Origin: Candidatus Woykebacteria bacterium
GTDB lineage: Bacteria; Patescibacteriota; Microgenomatia; Woykebacterales; RBG-16-39-9b
Direction of reading: 5' to 3'
Length of the DNA stretch: 64,000 bases
Assembly (NCBI GenBank): GCA_040876265.1
Contig: JBBDPN010000001.1
Span: forward strand, 246,208-310,207
The notes below the pieces were generated by a model. The model ran no database searches. It was not told the origin of the DNA and worked only from the letters and a program-made list of their open reading frames with translations. Positions 8,819-17,247 of this stretch are shown in pieces. Both the position numbers and the translations under genes were made by a program. Each line of letters opens with the position of its first letter. Positions within the stretch are counted from its first letter, which is position 1.

Positions 8819-9388
8819 ATGGCATCATTTGATCAACTAGTAATTTCCTTCCTGGTCGACGAGGTTGCTGGGGGGTTTTTTGCAGATGTTCCCCCAGGGC
8901 ACGTCGCGACCGTATATGACCGTGGTCGTGGGGTTCTGAATAAAACTTGGGGACCTGGGTTGCACTTCAAATTACCGTTCTGGCAAAAAGCAAAAATATT
9001 CAATGCCCAGACTCTCGAATATACCATTAGGGAGGGCTTTAACGCTGACAACCACAAAGAGGTGCTCGGGGATGACCCTATTAGCGCTGTTACGGCTGAT
9101 AACATTAACCTCCAAATAAAGGGGACAATCTTGGTGAGAGTAAACAAAAATAACGTTGTCTCTTTGTGGGAAAATATTGGCGAGGATTTTGTTTCAAAAA
9201 TAGTACGACCAGTTTCCAGAAGCAGAATACGTGGTGTGATATCGCAAGTAACTTTTAATCAAATTAATAGCCATCGACATGATGTCGAAGGCAAGATGAA
9301 GGAAATGCTCGAGAGTGAATTTGCTCCAAAGGGTTTGATAGTTGAAAACGTGTTGCTTTCGGATGTAAACCCCGCTCCAACTAATTAG
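8819..9388 (+). CDS. SPFH/Band-7 (prohibitin/HflC-like) domain protein
   Basis: Band-7 core: GPGLHFKLPF...Q...TADNINLQIKGTILVRV. Confidence 0.5.
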   Translation: MASFDQLVISFLVDEVAGGFFADVPPGHVATVYDRGRGVLNKTWGPGLHFKLPFWQKAKIFNAQTLEYTIREGFNADNHKEVLGDDPISAVTADNINLQIKGTILVRVNKNNVVSLWENIGEDFVSKIVRPVSRSRIRGVISQVTFNQINSHRHDVEGKMKEMLESEFAPKGLIVENVLLSDVNPAPTN

Positions 9389-9394
9389 AACACG

Positions 9395-9471
9395 TGGGGT
9401 GGCTGACGGGACTTGAACCCGCGACATCCGGCTCCACAAGCCAGCGCTCTACCAACTGAGCTACAGCCACC
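9395..9471 (-). tRNA. tRNA-His (anticodon GUG) with G-1, CCA encoded
   Basis: Reverse complement GGTGGCTGTAGCTCAGTTGGTAGAGCGCTGGCTTGTGGAGCCGG...GGTTCAAGTCC..CAGCCACCCCA, almost collinear with E. coli tRNA-His. Confidence 0.8.
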
Positions 9472-9474
9472 ATG

Positions 9475-9551
9475 TGGCGCGCCCGGGAGGACTCGAACCC
9501 CCAACCTTGTGGTCCGAAGCCACACGCTCTATCCGATTGAGCTACAGGCGC
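9475..9551 (-). tRNA. tRNA-Arg (anticodon UCG), CCA encoded
   Basis: Reverse complement GCGCCTGTAGCTCAATCGGATAGAGCGTGTGGCTTCGGACCACA...GGTTCGAGTCC..GGCGCGCCA. Confidence 0.7.
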
Positions 9552-9554
9552 ATC

Positions 9555-9630
9555 TGGAGCGCGAGAAGGGATTCGAACCCTCAACCTTCTCCTTGGAAGG
9601 GAGACGCTCTAGCCATTGAGCTACTCGCGC
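9555..9630 (-). tRNA. tRNA-Gly (anticodon UCC), CCA encoded
   Basis: Reverse complement GCGCGAGTAGCTCAATGGCTAGAGCGTCTCCCTTCCAAGGAGA...GGTTCGAATCC..CGCGCTCCA. Confidence 0.8.
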
Positions 9631-9725
9631 GCAAGGAGTAAATTATAACAAATTATGGACTGCCCTTCAATAAAAATTATTAGGCAACTAGCAGTCCATT
9701 GACAAAACTGCTAAAATAAACGCGT

Positions 9726-12107
9726 ATGGAAAAAAGAGAACCTAAACAAAAGCTTCCGCTGATCCCCGTAAAAAATGTGGTTATTCTCCCAGGTGCAAAC
9801 GTTCCGATCTCGCTAAAAAGGGAGAAATCTGTACGTGCTTTAGAAGACTCGTTATCCAAGAACAAAACTCTTTTTATGGTGATGCAAAAATCCCAAGATG
9901 TGGAAAACCCGACCACAACTGACCTATTTGACGTCGGAACTATATCCAAAGTGACTTCTGTACAAAGGCTTCCCGATGGAGTAATAAATATTTCGGTTGA
10001 TGGTCAAACCAAAGCAAAGGTACTGCAACACACAAAAATAACACCTTATTTTGAGGCTGAAATAACAGAGATAGCCGAAACGACTTACTCACAAGAAGAA
10101 CTCGAAACAATGGTACGACCAGTCATCGAGCAGTTTCGCCAAATCATTTCTCTTGGTAAAGCCGTACCCTTGGACCTCATACCCACTATTTTTGATGTTT
10201 CCAAACCCACTCAAACCATAGATATGATAATTTACAATTTGGATCTTAAATCCATTGAAAAGCAGGCTCTTCTTGAAGCTCCAAACTTTAAATCTAGAGT
10301 AAAGATACTCTCAGAGTACCTTTCGAAAGAAATTTCAATAAATAGAACCGCTCGGAGAATACAGGACCAAACAGCCGAGGAGCTTGGTAAAAGCGCAAAA
10401 GAAGCCTTTCTAAGAGAACAGTTGAAGACGATTGAAAAGGAGTTGGGGGTTAAGGAGGAAAGAGAAGAATTTGCGGGTTTGGAAAAGAAAATTAAAACCG
10501 CCGGTATGCCTGAAGAGGTTGAAGCAAAAGCATTTAAGGAACTAGATAGGCTCAGAAAAATGCCCCAATTCTCACCTGAAACCTCCTATATTCGGGCGTA
10601 TTTAGATTGGCTCGTGGAAGTGCCTTGGACCAAAAAAAGCGAAAGTAAGATTGACGTAAAAGAAGCTGAGAAGATACTAAATAAGGATCACTACGGTCTG
10701 AAGAAAGTTAAGGAAAGAATACTAGAATATCTAGCTGTTCACAAACTCACCGGTAAGATAAAGGGCCCTATACTGTGTTTTGCTGGCCCGCCTGGAACGG
10801 GTAAAACTTCAGTGGGACGCTCTATCGCCCATTCCTTGGGCAGAAAATTTGTAAAAGTTTCTTTAGGAGGTATACGTGACGAGGCTGAAATACGTGGCCA
10901 CAGAAGGACGTATGTTGGTGCCCTTCCCGGAAGAATAGTCCAAGCGATGAAAGAAGCGGGGACAAAAAACCCTGTGTTTATGCTCGATGAGATCGACAAA
11001 GTCGGTTATGATTTTCGTGGCGACCCATCCTCAGCTCTACTGGAAGCTCTGGACCCTGAGCAAAACCACTCTTTTTCCGACCATTACCTAGAAGTGGCGT
11101 ACGATCTTTCTGACGTTATGTTTATAACTACCGCAAACGTGCTAGATACTATCCCAGCTCCTTTGCGAGATAGGATGGAGATAACTGAATTCCCGGGCTA
11201 TACCGAGGAAGAGAAATTTCATATTGCAACCGGCTACTTATGGCCAAAACAACTCGAAACCCACGGCTTAGAAAAAACTAAACTGGCTATTAGTGACAAG
11301 GCCTTGAAAGAGGTTATTTCGAAATATACGCGAGAAGCTGGGGTGAGAAATTTGGAAAGAGAACTTGCGGCTGTGTGTCGTAAAGTAGCCAAAGAACTCG
11401 CCGAAGCAAAAATTAAAAAAACTGAAGTGACACACAAAAATATTAGAAAATACTTGGGCCCTGAGAAATTTGAGCCGTGGGCTGCGGAGAAAAAAGATGA
11501 GGTAGGTGTTACCACTGGCCTAGCTTGGACAGAAGCCGGAGGCTCGGTTCTTGGTGTCGAGGTCACTGCTATGCCTGGTAAAGGTTCATTGATATTAACC
11601 GGTCATCTTGGAGAGGTGATGAAAGAGAGTGCCCAAACTTCGTTATCTTATGCAAGGAGTCGGGCAAATTCGTTCGGTATAAAAGAGAATTTCCTTAAAA
11701 ACAAAGACGTTCACATTCATGTACCAGCTGGTGCGATACCAAAGGATGGTCCTAGCGCTGGTGTTACAATGGCTACAGCTTTAGTAAGCCTATTTACTCA
11801 AACTCCCGTCCGTCGTGACGTTGGAATGACTGGGGAAGTTACCCTAAGGGGTAAGATACTTGAAATAGGTGGAGTAAAGGAAAAAATCTTGGCGGCTCAC
11901 CGTGCCGGACTAAAAGAAGTGATATTGCCTAGGAAAAACAAGAAGGATCTAGAGGATATACCAGCAAAAACTCGTCGGGAGTTAAAATTTTCCTTTGTAG
12001 AAAGTATGGATGAGGTGCTAAGGGCCTCACTAACCCGAGATCCGTTTAAATACGGCTCCACTAGACCGGCTGCTCCAATAAGCTCTCCCCCACTCCCAGC
12101 CGCATAA
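9726..12107 (+). CDS. lon: ATP-dependent Lon protease
   Basis: LON N-domain, AAA+ domain with Walker A GPPGTGKTS, and S16 protease domain with PKDGPSAG. Confidence 0.95.
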   Translation: MEKREPKQKLPLIPVKNVVILPGANVPISLKREKSVRALEDSLSKNKTLFMVMQKSQDVENPTTTDLFDVGTISKVTSVQRLPDGVINISVDGQTKAKVLQHTKITPYFEAEITEIAETTYSQEELETMVRPVIEQFRQIISLGKAVPLDLIPTIFDVSKPTQTIDMIIYNLDLKSIEKQALLEAPNFKSRVKILSEYLSKEISINRTARRIQDQTAEELGKSAKEAFLREQLKTIEKELGVKEEREEFAGLEKKIKTAGMPEEVEAKAFKELDRLRKMPQFSPETSYIRAYLDWLVEVPWTKKSESKIDVKEAEKILNKDHYGLKKVKERILEYLAVHKLTGKIKGPILCFAGPPGTGKTSVGRSIAHSLGRKFVKVSLGGIRDEAEIRGHRRTYVGALPGRIVQAMKEAGTKNPVFMLDEIDKVGYDFRGDPSSALLEALDPEQNHSFSDHYLEVAYDLSDVMFITTANVLDTIPAPLRDRMEITEFPGYTEEEKFHIATGYLWPKQLETHGLEKTKLAISDKALKEVISKYTREAGVRNLERELAAVCRKVAKELAEAKIKKTEVTHKNIRKYLGPEKFEPWAAEKKDEVGVTTGLAWTEAGGSVLGVEVTAMPGKGSLILTGHLGEVMKESAQTSLSYARSRANSFGIKENFLKNKDVHIHVPAGAIPKDGPSAGVTMATALVSLFTQTPVRRDVGMTGEVTLRGKILEIGGVKEKILAAHRAGLKEVILPRKNKKDLEDIPAKTRRELKFSFVESMDEVLRASLTRDPFKYGSTRPAAPISSPPLPAA

Positions 12108-12135
12108 AATTACCCGCTTCTGTTACAATTTTAAT

Positions 12136-13101
12136 ATGCAAGAGGAGCTAGGACCAACTGGTGAAGATATAGAACAATACCTACCCCAGAACGAAGTTAT
12201 TTCATCCCCTGAGCTTGCAGACAATAAGTTAGCTGGGATGTGGTCTGGTCAAATTGATATTGAGAGGTTAAAAAGCCAATTTAAATCGCGGGCGGAGAAA
12301 CAAATAATAGAAACCGCTCAAGAGGACCCATTTTTAGGTTCAGTCACTTCTCCCACTGGAAATGTCGAGGTAGAACCATTCGATCGAATAATCTTAGCCA
12401 CATCTTCTCCGATTAAACAGACAATAGCTGCCGAAGTCGCGGAGGAAACTGGTGTTAATATTCAACCTACTCTACAGACCGAGATAACTACTGAAAATAA
12501 GTTAAAGGAGTTCCTCGTTGGAGCACAAACCGGTCCAGAAATAAAGGCTATTGATATCGCTGAGTTAAAACCCCCTGAACTTCCGGATCAAAAGGCACCA
12601 GTACTTTCTATGGATACTATTGTTATTAGTTCCTATAATCGGGTCTTAGAAAAACCAGAGGACCAGGAACAAGCTGCGGATATGCTCAGATCTATGTCGG
12701 GTCAAAACATCCGAATAGTTACTGCTCTTGTTATGCAATATAATTTGCCTTCTGGGAAACGATTGACTTTACGTGAGGGTGTAGAAATAGGACTAAAACT
12801 TCGCCGCTTGCCAGACGAAGAAATTAAAGAATATTGTGAGACACAGAAAGATAGAATGCTGAAAATTGCGGGTGCAATAGATTTTGCTAGTAATGAAGGA
12901 AGGAATTTAATTGATGATACAGAAGAGATAGTGGTTAAATCAGTCCAATTACCTGGTATCTCTGGTATTACCCCTCAGAATCTGCGATTATCTGTCTCCG
13001 CAATCCAGGCTTTGGATACATATTTTCGCGGTGCTCCAAAACACCCAATTAGGTTTTTGATTGAAGAATTAAAACAGATATCTGAAGGTTTTAACTGGTG
13101 A
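12136..13101 (+). CDS. Maf-like nucleoside-triphosphate pyrophosphatase with N-terminal extension
   Basis: ILATSSPIKQ..., ...DTIVIS...EKPEDQEQAADMLRSMSGQNIRIVTALVM matches the Maf/YhdE core. The first ~80 aa have no assignable function. Confidence 0.45.
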   Translation: MQEELGPTGEDIEQYLPQNEVISSPELADNKLAGMWSGQIDIERLKSQFKSRAEKQIIETAQEDPFLGSVTSPTGNVEVEPFDRIILATSSPIKQTIAAEVAEETGVNIQPTLQTEITTENKLKEFLVGAQTGPEIKAIDIAELKPPELPDQKAPVLSMDTIVISSYNRVLEKPEDQEQAADMLRSMSGQNIRIVTALVMQYNLPSGKRLTLREGVEIGLKLRRLPDEEIKEYCETQKDRMLKIAGAIDFASNEGRNLIDDTEEIVVKSVQLPGISGITPQNLRLSVSAIQALDTYFRGAPKHPIRFLIEELKQISEGFNW

Positions 13102-13170
13102 GCCCGGAGAGATTCGAACTCTCAACCCACTGCTTAAGAGGCAGTTGCTCTGCCATTGAGCTACGGGCCC
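13096..13170 (-). tRNA. tRNA-Lys (anticodon CUU), CCA encoded
   Basis: Reverse complement GGGCCCGTAGCTCAATGGCAGAGCAACTGCCTCTTAAGCAGT...GGTTCGAATC..GGGCTCACCA. Its 3' end overlaps the stop codon of the upstream CDS. Confidence 0.75.
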
Positions 13171-13196
13171 GTACTTGTGCGCAGTTAGCCGAATTA

Positions 13197-13273
13197 TGGC
13201 GCGCTTGGTGAGACTCGAACTCACAACCTGCTCCTTAGAAGGGAGCTGCTCTATCCGATTGAGCTACAAGCGC
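13197..13273 (-). tRNA. tRNA-Arg (anticodon UCU), CCA encoded
   Basis: Reverse complement GCGCTTGTAGCTCAATCGGATAGAGCAGCTCCCTTCTAAGGAGCAG...GGTTCGAGTC..AAGCGCGCCA. Confidence 0.75.
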
Positions 13274-13413
13274 TCGCAAAACTCTCAACTTCCCACGTAA
13301 CTTAGCCTTCGGCTGCTCTATAGATCGCTCCATACTTCGAAACCTCCTAGTTTCTCAGTATTCTTGCGCTCTGCGTCCACTAAAGTGGTCTACCGATCGA
13401 GTTACAAGCGCCT
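13274..13413 (-). pseudogene. Decayed tRNA-Arg-like remnant
   Basis: Fragments GGCGCTTGTAACTCGATCGGTAGACC, ..ATAGAGCAGCCGAAGGCTAAG.. and ..GTTGAGAGTTTTGCGAGCGC lie in the same order as the intact tRNA-Arg(UCU) next to them, but they cannot fold into a cloverleaf. Confidence 0.3.
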
Positions 13414-13448
13414 AGGAGCCTTAAATTATACCAAAGTGAGGTAAAATT

Positions 13449-13706
13449 TTAAATCTTTTGCTGCTTTGATTCTTCAATTATAAGTTTGAACAGCTTTGTT
13501 ATAAATTTGGTACCCAACCCAAGTTGTTTGGCTTCTACCGCAATATAATTAAAAATCTCTTTCTCCCTCTCTAGATCTTCCAAAGGTAAATTCTTTATTC
13601 GCTTCCATTTTCTAACCTTGGCAGCAGTATTAAATCGCCTCCTCAGGATCTTTATTAACTGCCCATCTATCCTATCTATCTCATTTCGCAAAGAATCGAT
13701 ACCCAT
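13449..13706 (-). CDS. Chorismate mutase (AroQ class)
   Basis: 85-aa all-helical ORF with LRNEIDRIDGQLIKILRRRFNTAAKV....K....P..D..RE.E, the AroQ pattern. Confidence 0.55.
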   Translation of the reverse strand: MGIDSLRNEIDRIDGQLIKILRRRFNTAAKVRKWKRIKNLPLEDLEREKEIFNYIAVEAKQLGLGTKFITKLFKLIIEESKQQKI

Positions 13707-15288
13707 GTTCTATCTCCCAATTTCTATAGGAATTAAACCTATCAGACGTGAAAGCGAAATTTGTTAAATCAATGCCACTTACCTTATCTGATACCGACCA
13801 TATATACTGCGGATAGTAAAGAAATATTGCTGGAGCCTCATCTAAAAGTAGAGTCGTAAACAATTTATACTCCTCTTTTCTTTTTTCTTGAGAAGAACTC
13901 TTGCGCGCTTCTTCAAGAAGTTTATCTAGCTGCGGACTGGCGATCGCAGTGATATTTGCTTTTTGTTGTTGGGTTGTGTGCCAAAGTACGTATTGATCTG
14001 GATCCAGAGGGACTTTCTGGAAGTTAATTAGCACTTCGAAATTTCTATCGGGTATTGTGTTATCCCTTAGAGTATCTATTTCGGTAATTTTGACCGATAC
14101 TTTTATCCCTAGTCTGCCCCAAAATTCTTTCAGCAGATTTGCTATTGAATTTAGCTCAGGATCGTCAGCAGTAACTATAGTTAATACCAAAGGCCCTTCT
14201 TTATTTTCCCAAGTTTCTTCCCCCTTGCTATAACCAGCTGCTTCCAAAGCGCGGCGAGCTTTATTGAGGTTATAGGTGTATCTTTCTTTAGAAACTCCCA
14301 CCCAACTCCCAAGGGCCAGATGATTTGATGCTAATTTCGCTGTCGCGCCACCAACCAATTCCCGTACAGTTTTTTTATCAACCGCAAAGCTAAGGGCCTG
14401 ACGTACATTTTTATCCCTTAGGGCTCGATGTTTGGTGTTAAAAAACACCACAACTTGTCTAAAAGGAAGTACGTGGCTATAAAAATTTTTACCGCCAAAT
14501 TTTTTAATCATTTCTATCTCCTGTGGAGATAAACCACCCAAAGCATGGATCTCACCCAATTTTAAGGCTGTTCTTGCTTCCTCAAACGAAGGGTAAAATC
14601 TAAATTTTAAGTTCATTTTCGGGTTCGTCAAAATTATTTCTCGATCGCCAATCTTGACTACTCTAAAGTCACCAGTACCAATTGGCTTATACCCACTTAG
14701 GGGTATATGCTCGGGGATTATTCCAACAGCAGTCGAGTAGGGAAACGGTGTAAAAGCTTCGTTAAGTCCGAACCTTACTGTGTATTGGTCTATCTTCTCA
14801 ATTTCCACATCCCTAAAATTCTCAACTAATATACTGTCGTAGTCGGGGTTTTGGGCCAGCTTTACCGTATAGACCACGTCGTCAGCAGTAAATTTCTCCC
14901 CGTCATGCCAATAAACATCCTCACGTAGATAAAAAATAAATTCAGTTTCGCTTTTCTTCTCGTAACTTTCAGCTAAGTCTGGTAGCAAATTTCCGTCTGC
15001 TCCTATTCTTGTTAAACCACGAAAGATCAAACTACTTATGTCTCTTTGGGTTTCTGTTGAATCGAACAACGGGTTCGGATGAGCTGGGTTCCCAACCACA
15101 CCTTCGATGAAGGTGGCCTTACCAGTTTCCCGATAGACTGATAAAACACTCGGTGCTAAGGACGGTATTAGAATTTTTACGGCAAAGATTACAAGTAAAA
15201 GTGCTATAAACGAAAATGTGGCGTACTTTCGGTTTCTGTTTAAAAATACTGAGCCCAGTACCAAATAGAACCTAATTTTTTTAAACAT
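13681..15288 (-). CDS. ABC transporter substrate-binding protein, family 5 (Opp/Dpp-like)
   Basis: Signal anchor plus SBP_bac_5-type sequence over about 500 aa. Confidence 0.7.
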   Translation of the reverse strand: MFKKIRFYLVLGSVFLNRNRKYATFSFIALLLVIFAVKILIPSLAPSVLSVYRETGKATFIEGVVGNPAHPNPLFDSTETQRDISSLIFRGLTRIGADGNLLPDLAESYEKKSETEFIFYLREDVYWHDGEKFTADDVVYTVKLAQNPDYDSILVENFRDVEIEKIDQYTVRFGLNEAFTPFPYSTAVGIIPEHIPLSGYKPIGTGDFRVVKIGDREIILTNPKMNLKFRFYPSFEEARTALKLGEIHALGGLSPQEIEMIKKFGGKNFYSHVLPFRQVVVFFNTKHRALRDKNVRQALSFAVDKKTVRELVGGATAKLASNHLALGSWVGVSKERYTYNLNKARRALEAAGYSKGEETWENKEGPLVLTIVTADDPELNSIANLLKEFWGRLGIKVSVKITEIDTLRDNTIPDRNFEVLINFQKVPLDPDQYVLWHTTQQQKANITAIASPQLDKLLEEARKSSSQEKRKEEYKLFTTLLLDEAPAIFLYYPQYIWSVSDKVSGIDLTNFAFTSDRFNSYRNWEIEHGYRFFAK

Positions 15289-15299
15289 AAGTAGTAGAC

Positions 15300-15518
15300 C
15301 TACTTAATAAAGATCAAGGAAAAGGAGACTAATGAGAAAAGGGCCGCCAGAAATATAGTCAGACGGTGGAAGATTTTTTCGACGCCGCGCCTGCTTCGGT
15401 AGACCTCACCGCCTCCTCCGAAAACTGCTCCAGCTCCGCCGCCGCGTTGTTGCGCTAAAACTAAAACAATTATGGAGACAGAAATTACTATCAAGAGGAC
15501 TAACATTGCCAATCTCAT
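15300..15518 (-). CDS. secG: Preprotein translocase subunit SecG
   Basis: Two TM helices flank LAQQRGGGAGAVFGGGG, a canonical SecG Gly-rich loop. Confidence 0.7.
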   Translation of the reverse strand: MRLAMLVLLIVISVSIIVLVLAQQRGGGAGAVFGGGGEVYRSRRGVEKIFHRLTIFLAALFSLVSFSLIFIK

Positions 15519-15559
15519 CGGGGCAAAATTTTACCACAAGTGGATGATAATTGTAAACG

Positions 15560-15958
15560 TTAGGAGAAGATCCAGAAAAACGTAGATGACAAAAATCCAA
15601 GCAACACTGATGCCGCCGCTGCACTAAAAAACGCATTTAAGTCGGTGCCAGTGAGTTCAATACTAAAAACACTTAGCCCAGAAAAGCGATAACCGACTAT
15701 ATCAAATCCCGGCACAAAATAAGCTATTAAATACAAAATACCGACGTTTAAAATTAAGCTGAAAAATCCAAAAGTAAGAAAATTCAATGGTAGGGAAAGG
15801 ATAGAAAATATTGGTCTTACAAACAAGTAAATAACTGCAAATACCAGTGTAGCAACCAAAATCGTCTTTGGCTCCGCAAACTGAAAGCCAGGGTAGCTGT
15901 AGGCAAGTATTAGAAAGGAAAGGCTAGCGTAGAACGCATTACGAAACCTTTTTCTCAT
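15560..15958 (-). CDS. Phage-holin-4_2 (PF04020/DUF360) family membrane protein
   Basis: Has RPIFSILSLPLNFLTFGFFSLILNVGILYLIAYFVPGF, matching the family. Confidence 0.5.
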   Translation of the reverse strand: MRKRFRNAFYASLSFLILAYSYPGFQFAEPKTILVATLVFAVIYLFVRPIFSILSLPLNFLTFGFFSLILNVGILYLIAYFVPGFDIVGYRFSGLSVFSIELTGTDLNAFFSAAAASVLLGFLSSTFFWIFS

Positions 15959-17222
15959 TAGCTTTTAGATTATCAAAGCCGCTGACAACAGTCAAAAAAT
16001 CCCGGTTGCGAAGATTCCTGTGGTATGTTATAGCAAATCGATGAGACTCGTCTCTCATTCTCTGGACAAGTTTCAAAGCCGGATTACTACGATCCAGCCT
16101 CAAGGGATGAGGCTTACCTACTTGGTAAATTTCTTCTAACCTCTTTGCTAATGAAATTACCGGAATATCCAAATGGTTTTTCCCCAAGACTCCAATAGCA
16201 GAATTTAATTGGCCTTTGCCACCATCTATGACGATCAAATCCGGTCTCTGCCAATCGTTTTTAAACCGCCTCGTCAAAACCTCTGCGATCATTGCCGTAT
16301 CATTTATACCCTTCACTGACTTTATTCTGAACCTTCTGTAACTATTATGATCGGCGATTGCCTGGGAAAAAACAACCATGGACCCAGTTGCCTCTTTTCC
16401 ACGAATATTTGAAATATCGTAACACTCAATTCTCTCAGGGTCCTCCGAAAGATTTAAAACAGCAGCCAACTCTTTCAGCTCTCGTTCTCTGGTCTCCTGT
16501 AACCCTAGCCCCAAATCTTCTATATCTCGGTAAACTTTAGTCACATAGTTTAGGGAATCGAGTTGCTTTTGAATTTGTCCTGCCTTTTCAAACTCCAGGT
16601 TTCTTATAGCGCTTTGCACTTCTTGCATCAGACTTCTCGTTACCTTGCTAGTTTCTCCCCTTAGAAACATAACCAGCTTTCTGATATTCTTCCGATATTG
16701 CTCTGGTGTAGTAAGGCCAACACAAACACCTGGACAAAGACCCAAGTGATAGTAAAGACAAGGCCTTTTTTGATTGGGGCTACAGTTACCAAAGCGAAAT
16801 ATTTTTCGTAAAATCTTAATTGTCGTTCTGACCTTTGTTGCCGATGGGTAGGGCCCAAAATAAATCTTGGCGCCTTTTAAATCGCGTTTTCTAGCTGCTT
16901 TTACCTTTGCATATTGGTCGTCAGTAATTTTAATATAAAGGTAGTCTTTATCATCTTTTAGTTGGCTATTAAAGGCGGGTTTAAACTTCTTTATTAGGTT
17001 GGACTCAAGTATAAGGGCCTCTATATCAGAATCAACGCTTATAGTTTCAATCTTCTTTACCTTAGAAAGCATTGACATGTTTCTCGGATCTGTGTTGTTC
17101 TGCCTAAAATGGGATTTAACTCTGTTTTGGATGTTAATTGCTTTACCTATGTACACAGAATTTCCTTCTGCGTTTTTGAAAATGTAAACTCCAGAGTTTT
17201 TTGGTAGATCGGCTACTCTCAT
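15939..17222 (-). CDS. uvrC: Excinuclease ABC subunit C (short form without C-terminal HhH)
   Basis: GIY-YIG start (GVYIFKN..YIGKA), Cys-rich CLYYHLGLCPGVC, a UVR domain, and an RNase-H-like endonuclease domain. Only 427 aa. Confidence 0.8.
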   Translation of the reverse strand: MRVADLPKNSGVYIFKNAEGNSVYIGKAINIQNRVKSHFRQNNTDPRNMSMLSKVKKIETISVDSDIEALILESNLIKKFKPAFNSQLKDDKDYLYIKITDDQYAKVKAARKRDLKGAKIYFGPYPSATKVRTTIKILRKIFRFGNCSPNQKRPCLYYHLGLCPGVCVGLTTPEQYRKNIRKLVMFLRGETSKVTRSLMQEVQSAIRNLEFEKAGQIQKQLDSLNYVTKVYRDIEDLGLGLQETRERELKELAAVLNLSEDPERIECYDISNIRGKEATGSMVVFSQAIADHNSYRRFRIKSVKGINDTAMIAEVLTRRFKNDWQRPDLIVIDGGKGQLNSAIGVLGKNHLDIPVISLAKRLEEIYQVGKPHPLRLDRSNPALKLVQRMRDESHRFAITYHRNLRNRDFLTVVSGFDNLKANEKKVS

Positions 17223-17247
17223 ACGTCTATTTTAACATGAGGGTAGG

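Noticed and set aside
9194-9619. ORFs 9194..9439 (-), 9381..9584 (-) and 9413..9619 (+)
   Set aside because: They overlap the tRNA-His, tRNA-Arg and tRNA-Gly cluster.
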